A stretch of DNA of 63,729 nt, counting the filler, from Ministeria vibrans ATCC 50519 (taxonomy: Eukaryota; Protista; Filasterea): the NCBI GenBank assembly GCA_943704425.1. It is 4 parts of 4 records of this genome, joined end to end, with 100 filler letters (N's around TTAATTAATTAA, not from the genome) between each part and the next. Parts side by side here need not be neighbours in the genome. Positions count along the whole stretch, not along the records: positions 1 to 14,809 come from CALSCP010002083.1; positions 14,910 to 42,599 come from CALSCP010000376.1; 2 more parts are not named here. One strand, 5' to 3'. Position 1 is the first letter of the stretch. The number at the start of each line of letters is the position of its first letter. The notes under the pieces were generated by a model. The model had not been told where the DNA came from, searched no databases, and saw nothing but the letters and a program-made list of their open reading frames with translations. A program made the translations under genes and the position numbers. Positions 13,437 through 26,184 of this stretch are shown here, piece after piece.

Positions 13437-14737
13437 TTATTTTTTATTTGTATGTATTTGGTAGCCCTTCGAGAGAGAAGACTGTGGATCTCATTGGGCG
13501 TTATATTTCTGATGCTTCCGCTGTCTCTTCCGCGAAACATTTCGTTTCTCGCCAAAACGTCTCTTCTCTCTCTGATGGCCGTTTTGTTTCTCGGTAAAAA
13601 GAAGAAAGGAATTGGGGCTTTATTTCAAATTTCACAACATTATTCTCATTATTTTGGTTCATTAGTCACGTATTAAAAACTGTTTTGTTTTCTTCTTCTT
13701 CGTGTATTATTTTTTTTTTTTTGCTCTTTAGTGTTCGCGGTGACGATTGAGGGAACTATCTACCGCTCTGACGACTCCTACGTCCAACCACCCACTGATA
13801 TTTCTTTTGCGCATAGCAACTTTTTTCAGGTTTTCATTTTGTGTGTGTTTTTTAGTTTAAGTCATTTATTTATTATTATTATGTTTTAGGCAATTGGAGT
13901 GATTAGTTTTGCGTTTGTGTGTCACCACAATACGTTTATGCTTTACGCGTCACTCAAAGTAGCACACACAAGAATGCAACTCTTAAGAAATCAAGTCCTT
14001 AATTGTTGTGTTTCTATAGCAACGATCGTTGAAACGATGGGCGACTGTGACGCATATTTCAGTTGTGTTTGCGCTGGTCTGTTGCATTGTGTTGGCCGTT
14101 GCTGGTTATCTGAGTTTTTTTGAGAACACTAAACGTACGAAAATTGAGTATAACCAAGTGTATTCTTACCCCTATAATGTATTTTCTCCATAACCCCAAC
14201 CCTAATCCCGACCATAACCCTAACCCTAACCCTAATCCCTAACCATAGCCTTAATTTTAATACTGACCTTAATCCTAACCCTAATTCACTTTTATCCGAA
14301 CCCTAATCCCTAACCATAGCCTTTATTCTAATATTGACAATAATCCTAGCCCTAATTCTTATCCTCACTCCCTGAACTCGGCTCTAATGTGTGTTTTCTC
14401 GTAGCGAACATTCTTGACTCCTTTCCGTGTGACAATACTGTGATTAATGTTGCGCGTATTATTTTTGCTGTCAACATGTTCTTCACGTATCCACTCGAAA
14501 CATTTGTTGCCCGCGAAGTAAGTCGAAAACACAGCACGCTACACACAATAGCTGACTCTCGAATAATTTTTAAAGGTTCTTGATGAAGTGTTTTTCCCGA
14601 CGTCCGTCATCACACAGCATCGCCATGTGGCATGGACCCTCGGGCTGGTCATTGTGTCGTGGGCCATTTCTATGGCAACGGACAATCTTGGCGTGGTCCT
14701 CGAGCTCACGGGAACCCTATCAGCGTCCGCTCTCGGT
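12037..14737 (+). CDS. Amino acid transporter, SLC38A11/AVT2-like (Aa_trans), many exons, 3' end lost in the gap
   Basis: Spliced AFNFANSIIGAGIIGLPYAL, LPLSLPRNISFLAKTS, IGVISFAFVCHHNTF, NILDSFP..., FTYPLETFVAREV, LGVVLELTG. Confidence 0.9.
14190..14356 (+). repeat. Degenerate interstitial telomere-like (CCCTAA)n repeats inside an intron
   Basis: accctaaccctaaccctaatccctaacc and variants. Confidence 0.7.
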
Positions 14738-14809
14738 ACTGACCCTAATCGATTAAAACAAAGTGACACTTCTCTCTGCCACTCTCTCTTTTCTCTCTCT
14801 CTCCCCCCC

Positions 14810-14909
14810 NNNNNNNNNNNNNNNNNNNNNNNNNNNNNNNNNNNNNNNNNNNNTTAATTAATTAANNNNNNNNNNNNNNNNNNNNNNNNNNNNNNNNNNN
14901 NNNNNNNNN
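14810..14909. other. Artificial contig spacer (44N-TTAATTAATTAA-44N)
   Basis: Exactly 100 nt with a six-frame stop linker; the same structure recurs twice more. Confidence 0.95.
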
Positions 14910-15049
14910 ATGGCCGTCGACTTGGTCCGCAACGAATTCAAGGTGGTTGTCCTGGCAGATACGCCGAGCGGGCTGTCACAGCCAGCGTTCAAAAACGCGA
15001 GAAAAGAACAAAATAATGGCTTCCAAATATTTCTGTTGTGTTCCTGTGT

Positions 15050-15460
15050 TACAAGGAGACTACAGCCGTGCTCTCGAGTACTATGAGCGTGCTCTGACCA
15101 TCTGTGAGAAGTCTGTTGGTCCCGACCACCCATCCACAGGCAACATATTGCACAATTATGGCTGTTGCGTCGGCGGCACAAGGCGAATGGAACCTTGCAG
15201 CGCAGGATATTGTGACAATCTTACGCGGGCCCGGCCAGCACCGTCTGGTCTGCACTCCAGTTGCTCATACAACCGCTACGGCTCCCGTTCCCCTTTCACA
15301 GCCATCTTTCGTCAGTTGCCCATTGAGCCCGCCTGCGCCACAACCATTCACAAGTCCCAGCCACAGGGTCGCACCTTTGACAACGTCTACATCGCCGACT
15401 TCACTCGTCGCATCGGCATCCTTCACACCGCCATCTCACGCTCCCGTGCCCTCCCATGGG
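15050..15460 (+). pseudogene. Degenerate fragment: kinesin-light-chain-type TPR followed by Pif1/Helitron-type helicase C-terminal motifs
   Basis: QGDYSRALEYYERALTICEKSVGPDHPSTGNILHNYG (TPR), then RQLPIEPACATTIHKSQPQGRTFDNVYI...LHTAISRSR (cf. RQFP..A.A.TIHKSQG.T...Y.A.SR). Confidence 0.6.
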
Positions 15461-16035
15461 CATCTTCCTCCAGCGAACTGTACCCGCCAAAGACATCATC
15501 GCGTGTCGTCTCACTGGTGACCTCCTTGACAACAAATAGCACCTTGAGGTCAAAGCTGCGGCTTGTCAAGTCACAACTCACAAGTGCAAGTAAGTGTTGA
15601 AGTGTCAGCTGTCAACTTGCGAGGAAAGAGTGAGGGCTTTCTCTCCGTCGCCGAGGCGCGCAGCTCGACAAGTGCTATTTCCCAACTCAAGTGAAATGTC
15701 CAATTGTAACAGTCTATTCTTTTCTCTGTATCATGAATAAATTATGGGTTGTATTCTTCTTCTATCATCTTTTCTCCCCTTTTCTATTTTCCTTCTCTCC
15801 TTGCTTTAAGCTTTTTTTCCACGTCTAACTGTCCCTCTCACTTCTCAGCTCTTAAAAGAAAAAAAGAAGTTTTTAACAAAACTTTGTCGACGGAGCCCCG
15901 CGAAGTTATCCATTATTTTCATAATATTTTCATTTTTATTTGTCAGTGTCCCCTTAATCACTTTTCCCCACTCCACAACAGTCAACACACCAATCGGCAC
16001 GCACGCACGCACCTGATTTCCTTCCCATCCCTCCC

Positions 16036-19000
16036 ATGTCGGAACCGCCTGTGTCTGCGTTTGCGGCGCGAATGAGCATGTTTGAGTCGTCCGCGTCCTC
16101 TACCGCATCCAGCGTCGCTCGCAAGCGCAGCTTTCGCAAAGATCCCACTCAGGAGATTTACAACCCGTTTCGGCGCAGTGCGGCCTCACGCGATTCTTCA
16201 GCACTCTCTTCTTCAGACAAAGACGCAGTGAGCTCGTCAACCGCTTCGTCGCCAACCGTCCCCGTCGCACACCCATCGTCTCCTTCGCCGCCAAAGGGTG
16301 CCGTTTCTCACGCGACCACGAACGAGGCGGCAGTCGTGCCCGAGTGGAAACGCTTGGCCGCCGAGAAGGCACAGAAGCGCACTTCTGACGACAGCGACTC
16401 TCCCGCGCTTGATTCCACTTCCACTTCTACTGTCGCCGCCGCTCCCGAACTGTCCCCTGCCGCTGCAAGCACAACTGGTGCTGCATCGCACTCGCCTGAA
16501 CCCATCAAGGCTCCGGGCCTGTCAACAATTCGTAAAGCTTGGATGAAAAAAGCCGAAGAAGACACGCCTGTCGGGCCCATGGTCGTTCTCAAGCCCAGCT
16601 CGGCACCTCGCAGACCCCCATTGGTGTTGTCCAAGCCAAGCACATCTGCCGAAGAGTCAAAGCGACCGCCGTCCGTGGTGGGCGACGACGACAAGAAGAT
16701 CGCCCCGACTCCAGCCGCAGTTGCAGCAACAACGGCAACAGACAGCGCTTTTCCTTGCTCGACCGACGACAACAACACCGCCACACTGGTGAAACCATCT
16801 TGGCTCAAGCATACGGCGACGTCGATTGCACAAGATGAGACGTTGACGCTCAAAAAGGACGATTCAGATGATGCCCTTAAAAAAGGGCTGTCGTCGCCGC
16901 CTTGGTTGCGCAAAGAGAGTACTACTGCTGTGCCTTCGACTGCGAAAACCGAGGCATCTTCCACGGCCACACGCACCTGGGATCGTCCAGTACCCACTTC
17001 GTCTGCTGCACCAGGCACAAAGCCCAAGGTAGCGTTTGAGCCTGTTCCCGCGATCAGTTTACCCACACCCACGCCCTCTGCCACTTCGCTGGGAATGGTC
17101 GTCGACCCCGAGTCGGCAATGTCACGCAAGGAGTCTCTGGCTCTTCTTGAGGAACGCGCTAAGCAGTTGGAAGAGAAAGACAAGGAACTGCGACGACAAC
17201 AGCTTGAGTGGAACCGTCAGCGGCAGGAGGAGGAGGAAAAGCTTCGCCTGCGGCAACGAGAGGTCGAAGCGAAGATGCAGCGTGAAGACGAAGCATCCGA
17301 GTTGCGACGACTCAAACAGACAGCAATGAAGCAATGGAAAGACCCGCCACCAAAGGCGTCGTGGCGCACCGAGGAAGAGGAGCGGCAGCTGATGGTAGAG
17401 ACGGCGAAGGAAAGTGCCTCTATGGAAGTGGAGGCGATGCGACGTGACCATGAGCGTCGCATGGCTGAGCGCGAGCGAGAAGAACGGCAACGCAGGGAGG
17501 CACTTGAAGAGGAAGAACGTCAGTTATTGCGTATGATTGAGGAGAAGCGCGCCAAGCAGAGTGTCGTTGAGGAGCAGCACCGTGACAACATTCAGCGCGT
17601 CGAGGAGGAACGGCTGGAGACGTCGCTGATGGCACGTCGTGTGACCATTGGGGGCTCGTCGCTCTGCGTTGCAAGCCAAGGCTCGTCGCGATCAGATTTG
17701 GTTGCGACAGGCCGTGTGAAACATTATCCGTCACTCGCGACCGGAATGCCTGCGCCTTCTTCCTCGCCCACCGTCTTCTCATCGGTCGATCTTGCGTCCG
17801 ACCGCCCACCCCGCCCTGCTCCACCAGCTCACACTGTCGCACAAAGCTCACCCATGCTGTCCACCAGTCCCTTGCGCTCCAACTCTATGACACCAGCGAC
17901 TTCTTTCTCATCATCCGCAGCTACCACTGCTGTTGTGCCGCCCCCTCGACCAAGTGCTGCTGCGCCATTCCGTGCGCGTTTTGCCACCGGCATGGCCTCA
18001 TCAAATGCTTCACCGTCTCCTGCGTCTTGGAACACCGTCAAGCCTGCCACCACCGCTGCCTCACCTTCTCCCTCGGCTGCTGCACATGCGTCGTCAGGAC
18101 GTCAGCGATCATTTGAGCACAGCATGCAACATTCGGTTGGGCGTTCGTCGCCCCAGCGCACCAATTCCAACTCGAAGACTGCGGCCAAGCCTGGTGCGTC
18201 CAAGTTGCGCTCGGCACCCATCAACCGTGCGCTTCTCGTGCCCAAGCCTCGCCAAACCCTCCCACGCTACCGTGCACCAGCCGCGTCGCAAGTCATGGTC
18301 ACGCCTGACCATGTAAAGCAGGCCATCGAGGACGAAAAGAGGCGCGTCGAAGAGGATCGTCTTCGAAAGAAGCTTGACAAGGAACGAGAGGTACAATCCG
18401 TGACAGATACAATCATTTTATTTTTCGTACGTTTTTTAATCACCTCTTTCTTTTTCTTCTTCTTCTTTTTTTTATCAATGGGTTCTCTGTTACTTGATAG
18501 AGTGTATCGATGATGGACTCGCGTGCAATGCCGGTGGAGGACGTACATCGAGAGTACGCGAGTGCAACACTGGCGCACCTGTATGACTTTGCGGCCGTAC
18601 TGGAGTTGGATGAGGCGGACTCGGCCGTCTCTGCGCTGGGCAGCGACCAGCAAGTATCGCCCGTGCGGCATGTGGTACATCCCATGGGACTCGAGGCGTC
18701 TCTCGAGGCGCTTGTAGGCAGCATTGGGCTGTTCTGCTTCCCATTGGGCCACGATACGGACACGTTGGCCTTTGAAGACTACTGCTTTGTGCTCACAGGC
18801 GAGGAGGGAGCCAAGCGATATGGGTTTTGTCGTCGTGTTTCTGCGCGAGTGATTGTCTGCGTCGTGTCCACTGTACCCGCTCGCGTTTTTTACAATACTC
18901 TCTTGTCTCTTATGTCTCAACAGTGGACCAAAGACGGCGAACGGTAAGCACCGAGATGTGCAACGCACTCTTCTCTTACGGCTTGCGTGTAGTGGAGTGC

Positions 19001-20029
19001 GTCAAATGCTGGAGAAAGCGTATCTGCAGCCACTGCCGCGTCCCGGCAAGAATGTGGTGCTTGGTGGTGGGCTGGGCACACTTACTCGTCCGTCGGGCCA
19101 CTGTTGGGTTGAGCAGGTTTGAAGGATTGCTGTCTTTTTCGTTTTGACTCTTCTTTCTGTATTCCTAGGCGAACTTCTCGACACTGTTTTCACTACTGGG
19201 TCTCAATACGATCATTCAAATGTTTGTGTCGCTGATTCTAGAGCGACGAGTGCTTCTTGTGTCTGCCTCGCCGGATGCACTGTCTGCCTGTATTCACGCC
19301 CTTTCTGCCGTTCTCTATCCATTTGAGTGGCCCGTACGTTCTATACATCACCATCCTTGAGTCGCAGCGCGCGCATACGCAAGTCTGTTGTTCCTCCATT
19401 TTGTGCTCTTTTTTATGTCTTTTCATAATGATTAACAATAATTATTGTTAACTTTTTTCATCTTTCTTTAGCATGTGTTTATTCCGCTGTTGCCCCCGTC
19501 GCTCGTCGACTTCACACACTCGCCCACTCCCTACCTCATCGGCATTCTCCACCAATCGCTGCCTTTCATTCCGCCTGTGCCCACCACCGAGTCGCAGACC
19601 GCCGCGTCTGTCCTCATTGACGAGTCCATCTTTGTGGTGGATATTGATCGGTGTGCGACCTTACGTGCATATGGCGACGAGAAGCGACTTCTTCCGGAGT
19701 TTCTTTTGGGCCCTCTGCGTCGCCTTCTTGACCCTATCCATCGCAAAAGTACTCTATCACTCTATTACTTTGTTTATTACTTTGTGTCTTTCTCCCTCTT
19801 CTCTCTATTACTTTGTTTATTACTTTTTTTTCTTTCTTTCTCTATCACTTTGTGTCCCCCTTCCCCCTCCCCCCCCCTCTCTGTTTTTTTTNNNNNNNNN
19901 NNNNNNNNNNNNNNNNNNNNNNNNNNNNNNNNNNNNNNNNNNNNNNNNNNNNNNNNNNNNNNNNNNNNNNNNNNNNNNNNNNNNNNNNNNNNNNNNNNNN
20001 NNNNNNNNNNNNNNNNNNNNNNNNNNNNA

Positions 20030-20118
<89 letters not shown>

Positions 20119-20218
20119 AGTTTCTTGGGAAAGTACAGGAGACTCAGATGTTTGATATATTCATTGAGGAACGCGAGCGTGCATTCGCCGATGGAACCCT
20201 TGGTGCCAGTAAGATGCG

Positions 20219-20285
<67 letters not shown>

Positions 20286-20402
20286 AATGTGTGTGTGTGT
20301 GTGTGTGAATAATGTCATTAAAATGTTGTACTTCTCTTAGAACCCTTCGAGTCTGGTCTAATGGTTGCCGAAAAGCGATTGAGTGGTTCGGTGTGGCCAT
20401 AA
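16036..20402 (+). CDS. DENN-domain Rab GEF (DENND1/DENND2-like) with long S/P/A-rich and coiled-coil N-terminus
   Basis: uDENN LFCFP...YCFVLTGEEGAKRYGFCRR; cDENN ERRVLL...LYPFEWP|HVFIPLLPPSLVDFTHSPTPYLIG; dDENN ETQMFDIFIEER. Confidence 0.85.
20031..20306. repeat. (TG)n microsatellites flanking a small exon
   Basis: Two long TG runs. Confidence 0.95.
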
Positions 20403-20962
20403 AGAACTTGTGTACAATGACAACTATGTTAAGATATTGATAATAACTCCTACTCCAGTACTTCTCCTGACTGCCGACACCCGGAATCAGTTTTAGCGTT
20501 TCTTGTAGTTGTTGCCGCTTTTTATGTTCTCGTCGCAGTCAATATAAATATAATTCAACATTCACTTGTGCGTCTATGGGTGCTCCCCGTTCTTGTGACT
20601 AGTCTATGAGGGAAGCATTGCATTGCTCTTCATTGTGTTCATTTCTTCTTCCTGAGTAAAATTTTCCCAATAGTCACCATGTATTTCTAATTCCTATTCA
20701 AACTGCGATTGCCTCACTGGATAGCGACGATACAGCACTCTGAACTACCACTGTTCTCCCATGTTACATATAGAGTTTCGGTTGAGTTTGCAAGGCGGCC
20801 TGGCGGTGTCTGTGCGTGGTGACTGTATCATCAAGTGATCATTAATACATGGGTTGTACTGTTGATAATTTATAATATTTATTCACATAATTACTGGACT
20901 AGCCCCCCTCCCTCCCCATTCATCCAGCACCACCACATTGAGACAGCCAGACTGCTGCTTAC

Positions 20963-21761
20963 GATGATGCTCTCTATTGCCATCTCAGCCATGGTGCTGT
21001 TTGCGACGCTGCAGTTCCTCGGCTTCCACGGCCGCATCCATTTCAACCCCACCACGCACGCCTTTCTCGTCCTCAAGGTCAGCATCTCTGCTTCCCATTC
21101 TTCGCCAGAGTTGTATCTCTCACTCGTGCTGCGGTCAACACGCCCCCGCGCTAGCTCTGTCTTGTCTCTCACTCTCATTTCCGTCGTATCGTTTCTTCTG
21201 CAGTGCCTGCCCATCTTTCTTTTGAACCTGGTCGTCTTCCAGGCGTATGTCGCGCGGCCGGTGCTCTACACGTTGCTAATTGCTGGCGCCCTTGTGTTCT
21301 CCATGTTTGGCGACGCCTTTCTCGCTTGTACGTACAAGGGGTCGTTTTTGCACGGGATGGTTTCATTTGGAGTCGCCCACCTCTTCTACATCTACGCCTT
21401 CTCCATTGGCGGCGTGCCCATGCGCTGGGATCTCATGGTGCTTGCGCTTGGCGTGGGCATTGTCTTCTATGCCTTGATGTACCGCGGCGTCAAGGCAAGC
21501 CTCAAGGCTCCCGTGTTTGTGTACATTGTGCTCCTGGCTCTGATGACTTGGCGCGCCCTCGCGGCCTACGCCCCCGACACCTCCAGCAAGCGGCTTTCGG
21601 TGGCGGGTGCGCTCTGCTTTGCCCTCAGCGACCTCGGCATTGGCCTGGGGCGCTTTGTGCTGCGTGAGCCGGGCGTCGTCACCAAGTCCTTCATCATCGT
21701 CTTCTACTATGCCGCCCAGTACCTCGTCACTCTCTCTGTTCTTTCCCTCGCCAACGAGTGA
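20963..21761 (+). CDS. YhhN/TMEM86 lysoplasmalogenase-like membrane protein
   Basis: GALVFSMFGDAFL, F.HGMVSFGVAHLFYIYAF, GALCFALSD, YYAAQY motifs; polytopic hydrophobic ORF. Start codon uncertain. Confidence 0.85.
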
Positions 21762-22324
21762 GACAGATCACAGACAGCCAGACTGACTCACTTGCGCGTG
21801 TCATTGTATACCACTTTTTATTTTGTTCCAGGTTGGTTGATTCGAAACATCTCATAAGTCGGAGAGTATGCTTGGATTTTTTTTTCATTAATCTTCCTGT
21901 TCATAATAAATGTTAATAAACTATAAAGATTGAAGCGGAACGTTTCTTCTTCTATTTTCCATTTCTCATTTTCTATAATAATTACTCCTCGTAATTACTT
22001 TAGAAACATTAGAAACAGAATCAACCAACTCACTATTCGTTTGATAATTACTTGAGGACCTTAGTCTCACGACTCTACTAACTCTACACTCTCGTCTCTT
22101 ATTTGTCTCTAGATTCGTGTCAATTGATCATTTGGTATCCGTTAAATTGTTGAAGTCATTGACTGTCAAACTATGTGTGAAACGACAAAAGTTACAAAAA
22201 ATGATCAATTTTTTTATATCTTCTTAACTTCTCATTCTCTCATTCTCTCAAGTCTCAACCATCAGCAATTCAGCATCCTCCGTTCACAAGCCATCCACAG
22301 TTTCCACACTCGAGGTTTTGCAGA

Positions 22325-24878
22325 ATGGACGCAGCCGATCTGTCGTTGCTGGGCCTCGATCGTGTCCATTCTGATCACGTCCCATCTCCCATCACGCACA
22401 CTCGACTCCGGGATGCCCTTCGCGTAAGCACACCCACCCCTCTGGTGCACACAGCCGCGTGCATGCATCCCCGTGCCCGCGTCTTACTTCGTCTTTGTCG
22501 CATGTTGACAGGTGGCTGTCACAATCTCACCCGACCCCGACGCTGTCATCCGCGCCTACCATCGCCTCTTTGCTGCCCTGCAAAAGGAACAAGCCGCGGA
22601 ACGCGCCAAGGCCTCTCGAATCACAAGGTATGCGTCGTTTTCACAGCGAGAGACAAAAAGACGGGAAAAAAATTAAAAAAAAAAAAAAAGTGTTTCGCTC
22701 CTTCCCTCTCGTTCCTTACGCGTTTTCGCGTGTATCTGAAGCGCAATATACTAACTCCCAACGACCCAACCCGTCTCCGGTGCCGATCAAGCGACTCTGG
22801 CGGCGGCGAGCAGAGTGGCGATGAGAGCGGCATGTCAGACGAGCCGCTGCGCATCGTCGACCCTTGGTTCTCCGACACCAGTCCTGCCGCACGCTCTATT
22901 CGTCTAGAAGGCAAAGGAATGGCTTTGCAGGTGTCACACCTCGCCACCCTTCACACCATCACATTGAAATGGCATTCTTTCGTAGGGTATTCAAACACTG
23001 TACAAGCGCAATCCTGAGTCCGTCACGGACTCCTCGCACAGCGCCAATGGGTACTGCATAACAATGTACTGCTGTTGCTAAACATCTACTCACCCTCGCT
23101 TCCTTGATTTTCTCTCATCCAGCCATACTCCTCTTCATCTGGCCGTCTACTTCAACCGAACACCCATTATCACGGTATGAGTTATCCATCGACCCAACCC
23201 CCTCACCAATGCACCGCTATATGTGTGTAGTGGCTCCTGGAACACGGCGCAGCCAAGACTATCCTTCAAGAGAACGCTCTGGGCCAGACGCCCCTCGACT
23301 TGGCCCAGCCTGCAAGTGTCAACCACAAGCTGCTTGTGACTTGCCTTGTTCGCGACCTTGCCCATGCTGAAGAGGCCGTGTCAACAACAGATACAGCGAA
23401 GACCAAGAAAAAGGCTACGCCCTCGCGAAGTTTGTCGCGCCAACAACAGCTACAGCTTAAGCAAGAGGAACGACACAAAGAGGCCATTGTACACTCCCGT
23501 CATAGAGCGTCGCTCAACAAGGAAGACAAGGGAGTGAACCACGACGGTGATGATCTTGAGCATGGCGATAACGACAACAACAACGACAATGGCGACGTTG
23601 AGGTTCAATTGGGTTCGCTCACCTTTGAAGAGATGGCCAGCATGCTAAACGGTCTGGACGAAATCGAAGACTCGCCCTCGCCTGGCTCGTCGCCAACCAG
23701 ACACGTCCGCTTTGCCGAGCTTCCGCTCGAGCTGCAACGATCGCAACAACCCCAGCAAAAGTCTAACAAGTCAAAAAAGAAAGGGTCGCACCATCAGGCG
23801 TGGCGTCGCGGGCTCACTCACGAAGCGACATCGGCTCGTGACCCAGCCTTTGACTCGGCCACCGTCGACACCGCTCCCGAACTTGTCTTTGATGCGGGTC
23901 TCGACGACGAAGAAGCCGCCGAGTTGTTTGGCAACACACTCCAGCCACCGTCGCACCAACACATGCCCAAGAAGAAGAAGAAGAAACACAAGGGCAAGGC
24001 AACGTCCAGTTCCTCCACATCAACACCTGACCCTCCTGTCTCCCTTGACACACTCGCTGCCGCCCCTGTCCAACCCCAGCGCTCGTTGCACGCCCAGTCG
24101 CATACACAGCCGCTTGACGATACGTCGCGTGCTATTGAGTTACAGCGACGCGTGTTAGAACAGAATCAGCGATTCAATGACGAAGGTGACGCGAAACGGC
24201 GACGAAAACGACCGCCGCTCGATCGTAGCCTGGTTGACGAAGAAGTCCTACAGCAGCTCGCCACTGAATTAATTGAGTTGGGCATCTCTCATGAGAATTC
24301 TATCAGAGCCCTACTTCGCGCGCACCTCGACAAGAACGAAGCGGTTAACATAGGGCTTGCCATGTCGGGTCTCAACCTTTATGGTATTGTCGATGACCTT
24401 GACAACGACAGCAGCAACGACGGCGATAACAGCGACAACGACGACAGCAGCAACAACATCAACAGCAACAACAACAACACTCACAACAACGCAGCCAACG
24501 ACATTGATGTTGTTGATGAAATGCCCGACCTCTTGGACGACAATTTTCACCAACAACAATCACAAGTGCGTCCAGGTGTCATTGCTCCCGAAACCCCCTC
24601 GTTCGAGTGGCCTTGGGAATTCATCTATAAGCAGTATGAGTTGTCGCGTGCGCGTGTTACCTCTGCTCTTGCACACACACAGCCTTTGTCGTTTGTCAAT
24701 CTGAATGCCTTTGATGACTCGCGCACGGCCTCATCGCGCTCGTTGGGTACTACTGTAGATGACGATGTGGGCACCGACTTTAACGACAATGTGGTCGTTA
24801 ACAGCGCATTGACCCAACACGACCAATATTCATTCATGGAGCAACAGTATCTTCAACAGCACCAGTATCAACCACAGC

Positions 24879-24948
<70 letters not shown>

Positions 24949-25478
24949 GCAGTATCAATTTCAACAAATCCAACACACACCACCTCTTCAGCAGCACCAT
25001 CAACAGCAAGACCAGCGACACTTCCCAGGTGGGATGAAGTCAAACAGCGGGTCATATCCTCCCTCGTGTCCACCACAAATACCCTCCATGCCCATGTACT
25101 ACGGTACAGGTGCCTCTTCTCAAATCCCCTTTCATCAGCCAGTTGAAGCCCCCTCGCCCAACCAGTCTTTCTTCTCCATGCCACCACAACCACATCAGTC
25201 GCCACCACCTCCGTCCTACTTGCCCCAAGACTCCCTCGTCAGTAGCCTTGGCGGTGTTCCTTTCGCAGCACCTTCTCATAGTGACGCCATTCTCCACCCG
25301 GCGCCCGCTGCCTCCGTCACAACCTCTTTCTTTGCGCCACCGCCAGCCAATGTATTGCCTCAGCTGGCGCCCATCAGCGACTCTAATGTCGATCTTGCGC
25401 TTTTTAGCATGGAAAACTTGGAGGAGCACCAATACAAGAGTGACAGTGATGCTTATGATGAAGAAGACGATGGAGATT

Positions 25479-25515
<37 letters not shown>

Positions 25516-26041
25516 TAATGAAAAGGAAACGGAAACGGAGGCGGAAGCGGAAGAAGACAATGGTCATCGACACCACAGTCGAGGGGTCGGGCCGAACGAC
25601 ACTTCAGTTTCCCAAAGTGTCTTAATGCTGATGGAAATGGGCTTTGAGCTCGACCGGTGTCAGCGTGCGGTGCTCCTCTTCAACGACCTCGGCGACCAAG
25701 TGGACTTTTTGTCGGGCGTTATTCCCGACCCACTCGCGGCTCTTTCCAGCGACGATCCCAACTTGCGCCATCTCCAGCCAACGGTCGACGAAGTCGCGCC
25801 GGGCTGGAACAAAATGAAAAGCGCTCAGATCACTGCCGCCCCAGATTCCACACTCTCTTCTTTTTCCGAGGCAAACCTCTCGCACTCTGCCGCCAAAAAG
25901 AAGCCCCGCAAGGGTGTACAGGAGTCTGTCCATCCGTTGCCCCCGCATGTGCGCAACTACAAGACCAAGCTGTGCTGGCGCAACGCCGACGGTCATTGTC
26001 CCTACGGTGATAGCTGTGCCTTCATTCATGACGATAATTGA
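22325..26041 (+). CDS. Ankyrin-repeat + two UBA-like + polyQ + C-terminal CCCH zinc-finger protein
   Basis: Spliced ANG|HTPLHLAVYFNRTPIIT|WLLEHGA...NALGQTPLDLA; UBA-like LIELGISHENSIRAL and LMEMGFELDRCQRAV; YKTKLC...GHCPYGDSCAFIH. Confidence 0.8.
24878..24950 (+). repeat. Coding (CAA)n polyglutamine tract
   Basis: Long CAA run inside ORF 23300..26041. Confidence 0.95.
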
Positions 26042-26184
26042 CATGATTGCTCATTAAAACAAACTTTCTCATCGTCGTCAATTACTCTTACGTCGCACTA
26101 TTAATTATTAATAATAATTTCGGTTTGTTTTTCTTTCACGCTTTTACAAACTATCATTCATTTCTTCTTTCATTCACTCGCACA

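Noticed and set aside
14854-14865. TTAATTAATTAA palindrome (also 42644-42655 and 62387-62398)
   Set aside because: Centred in exactly 100-nt N spacers: a synthetic six-frame stop linker, not biology
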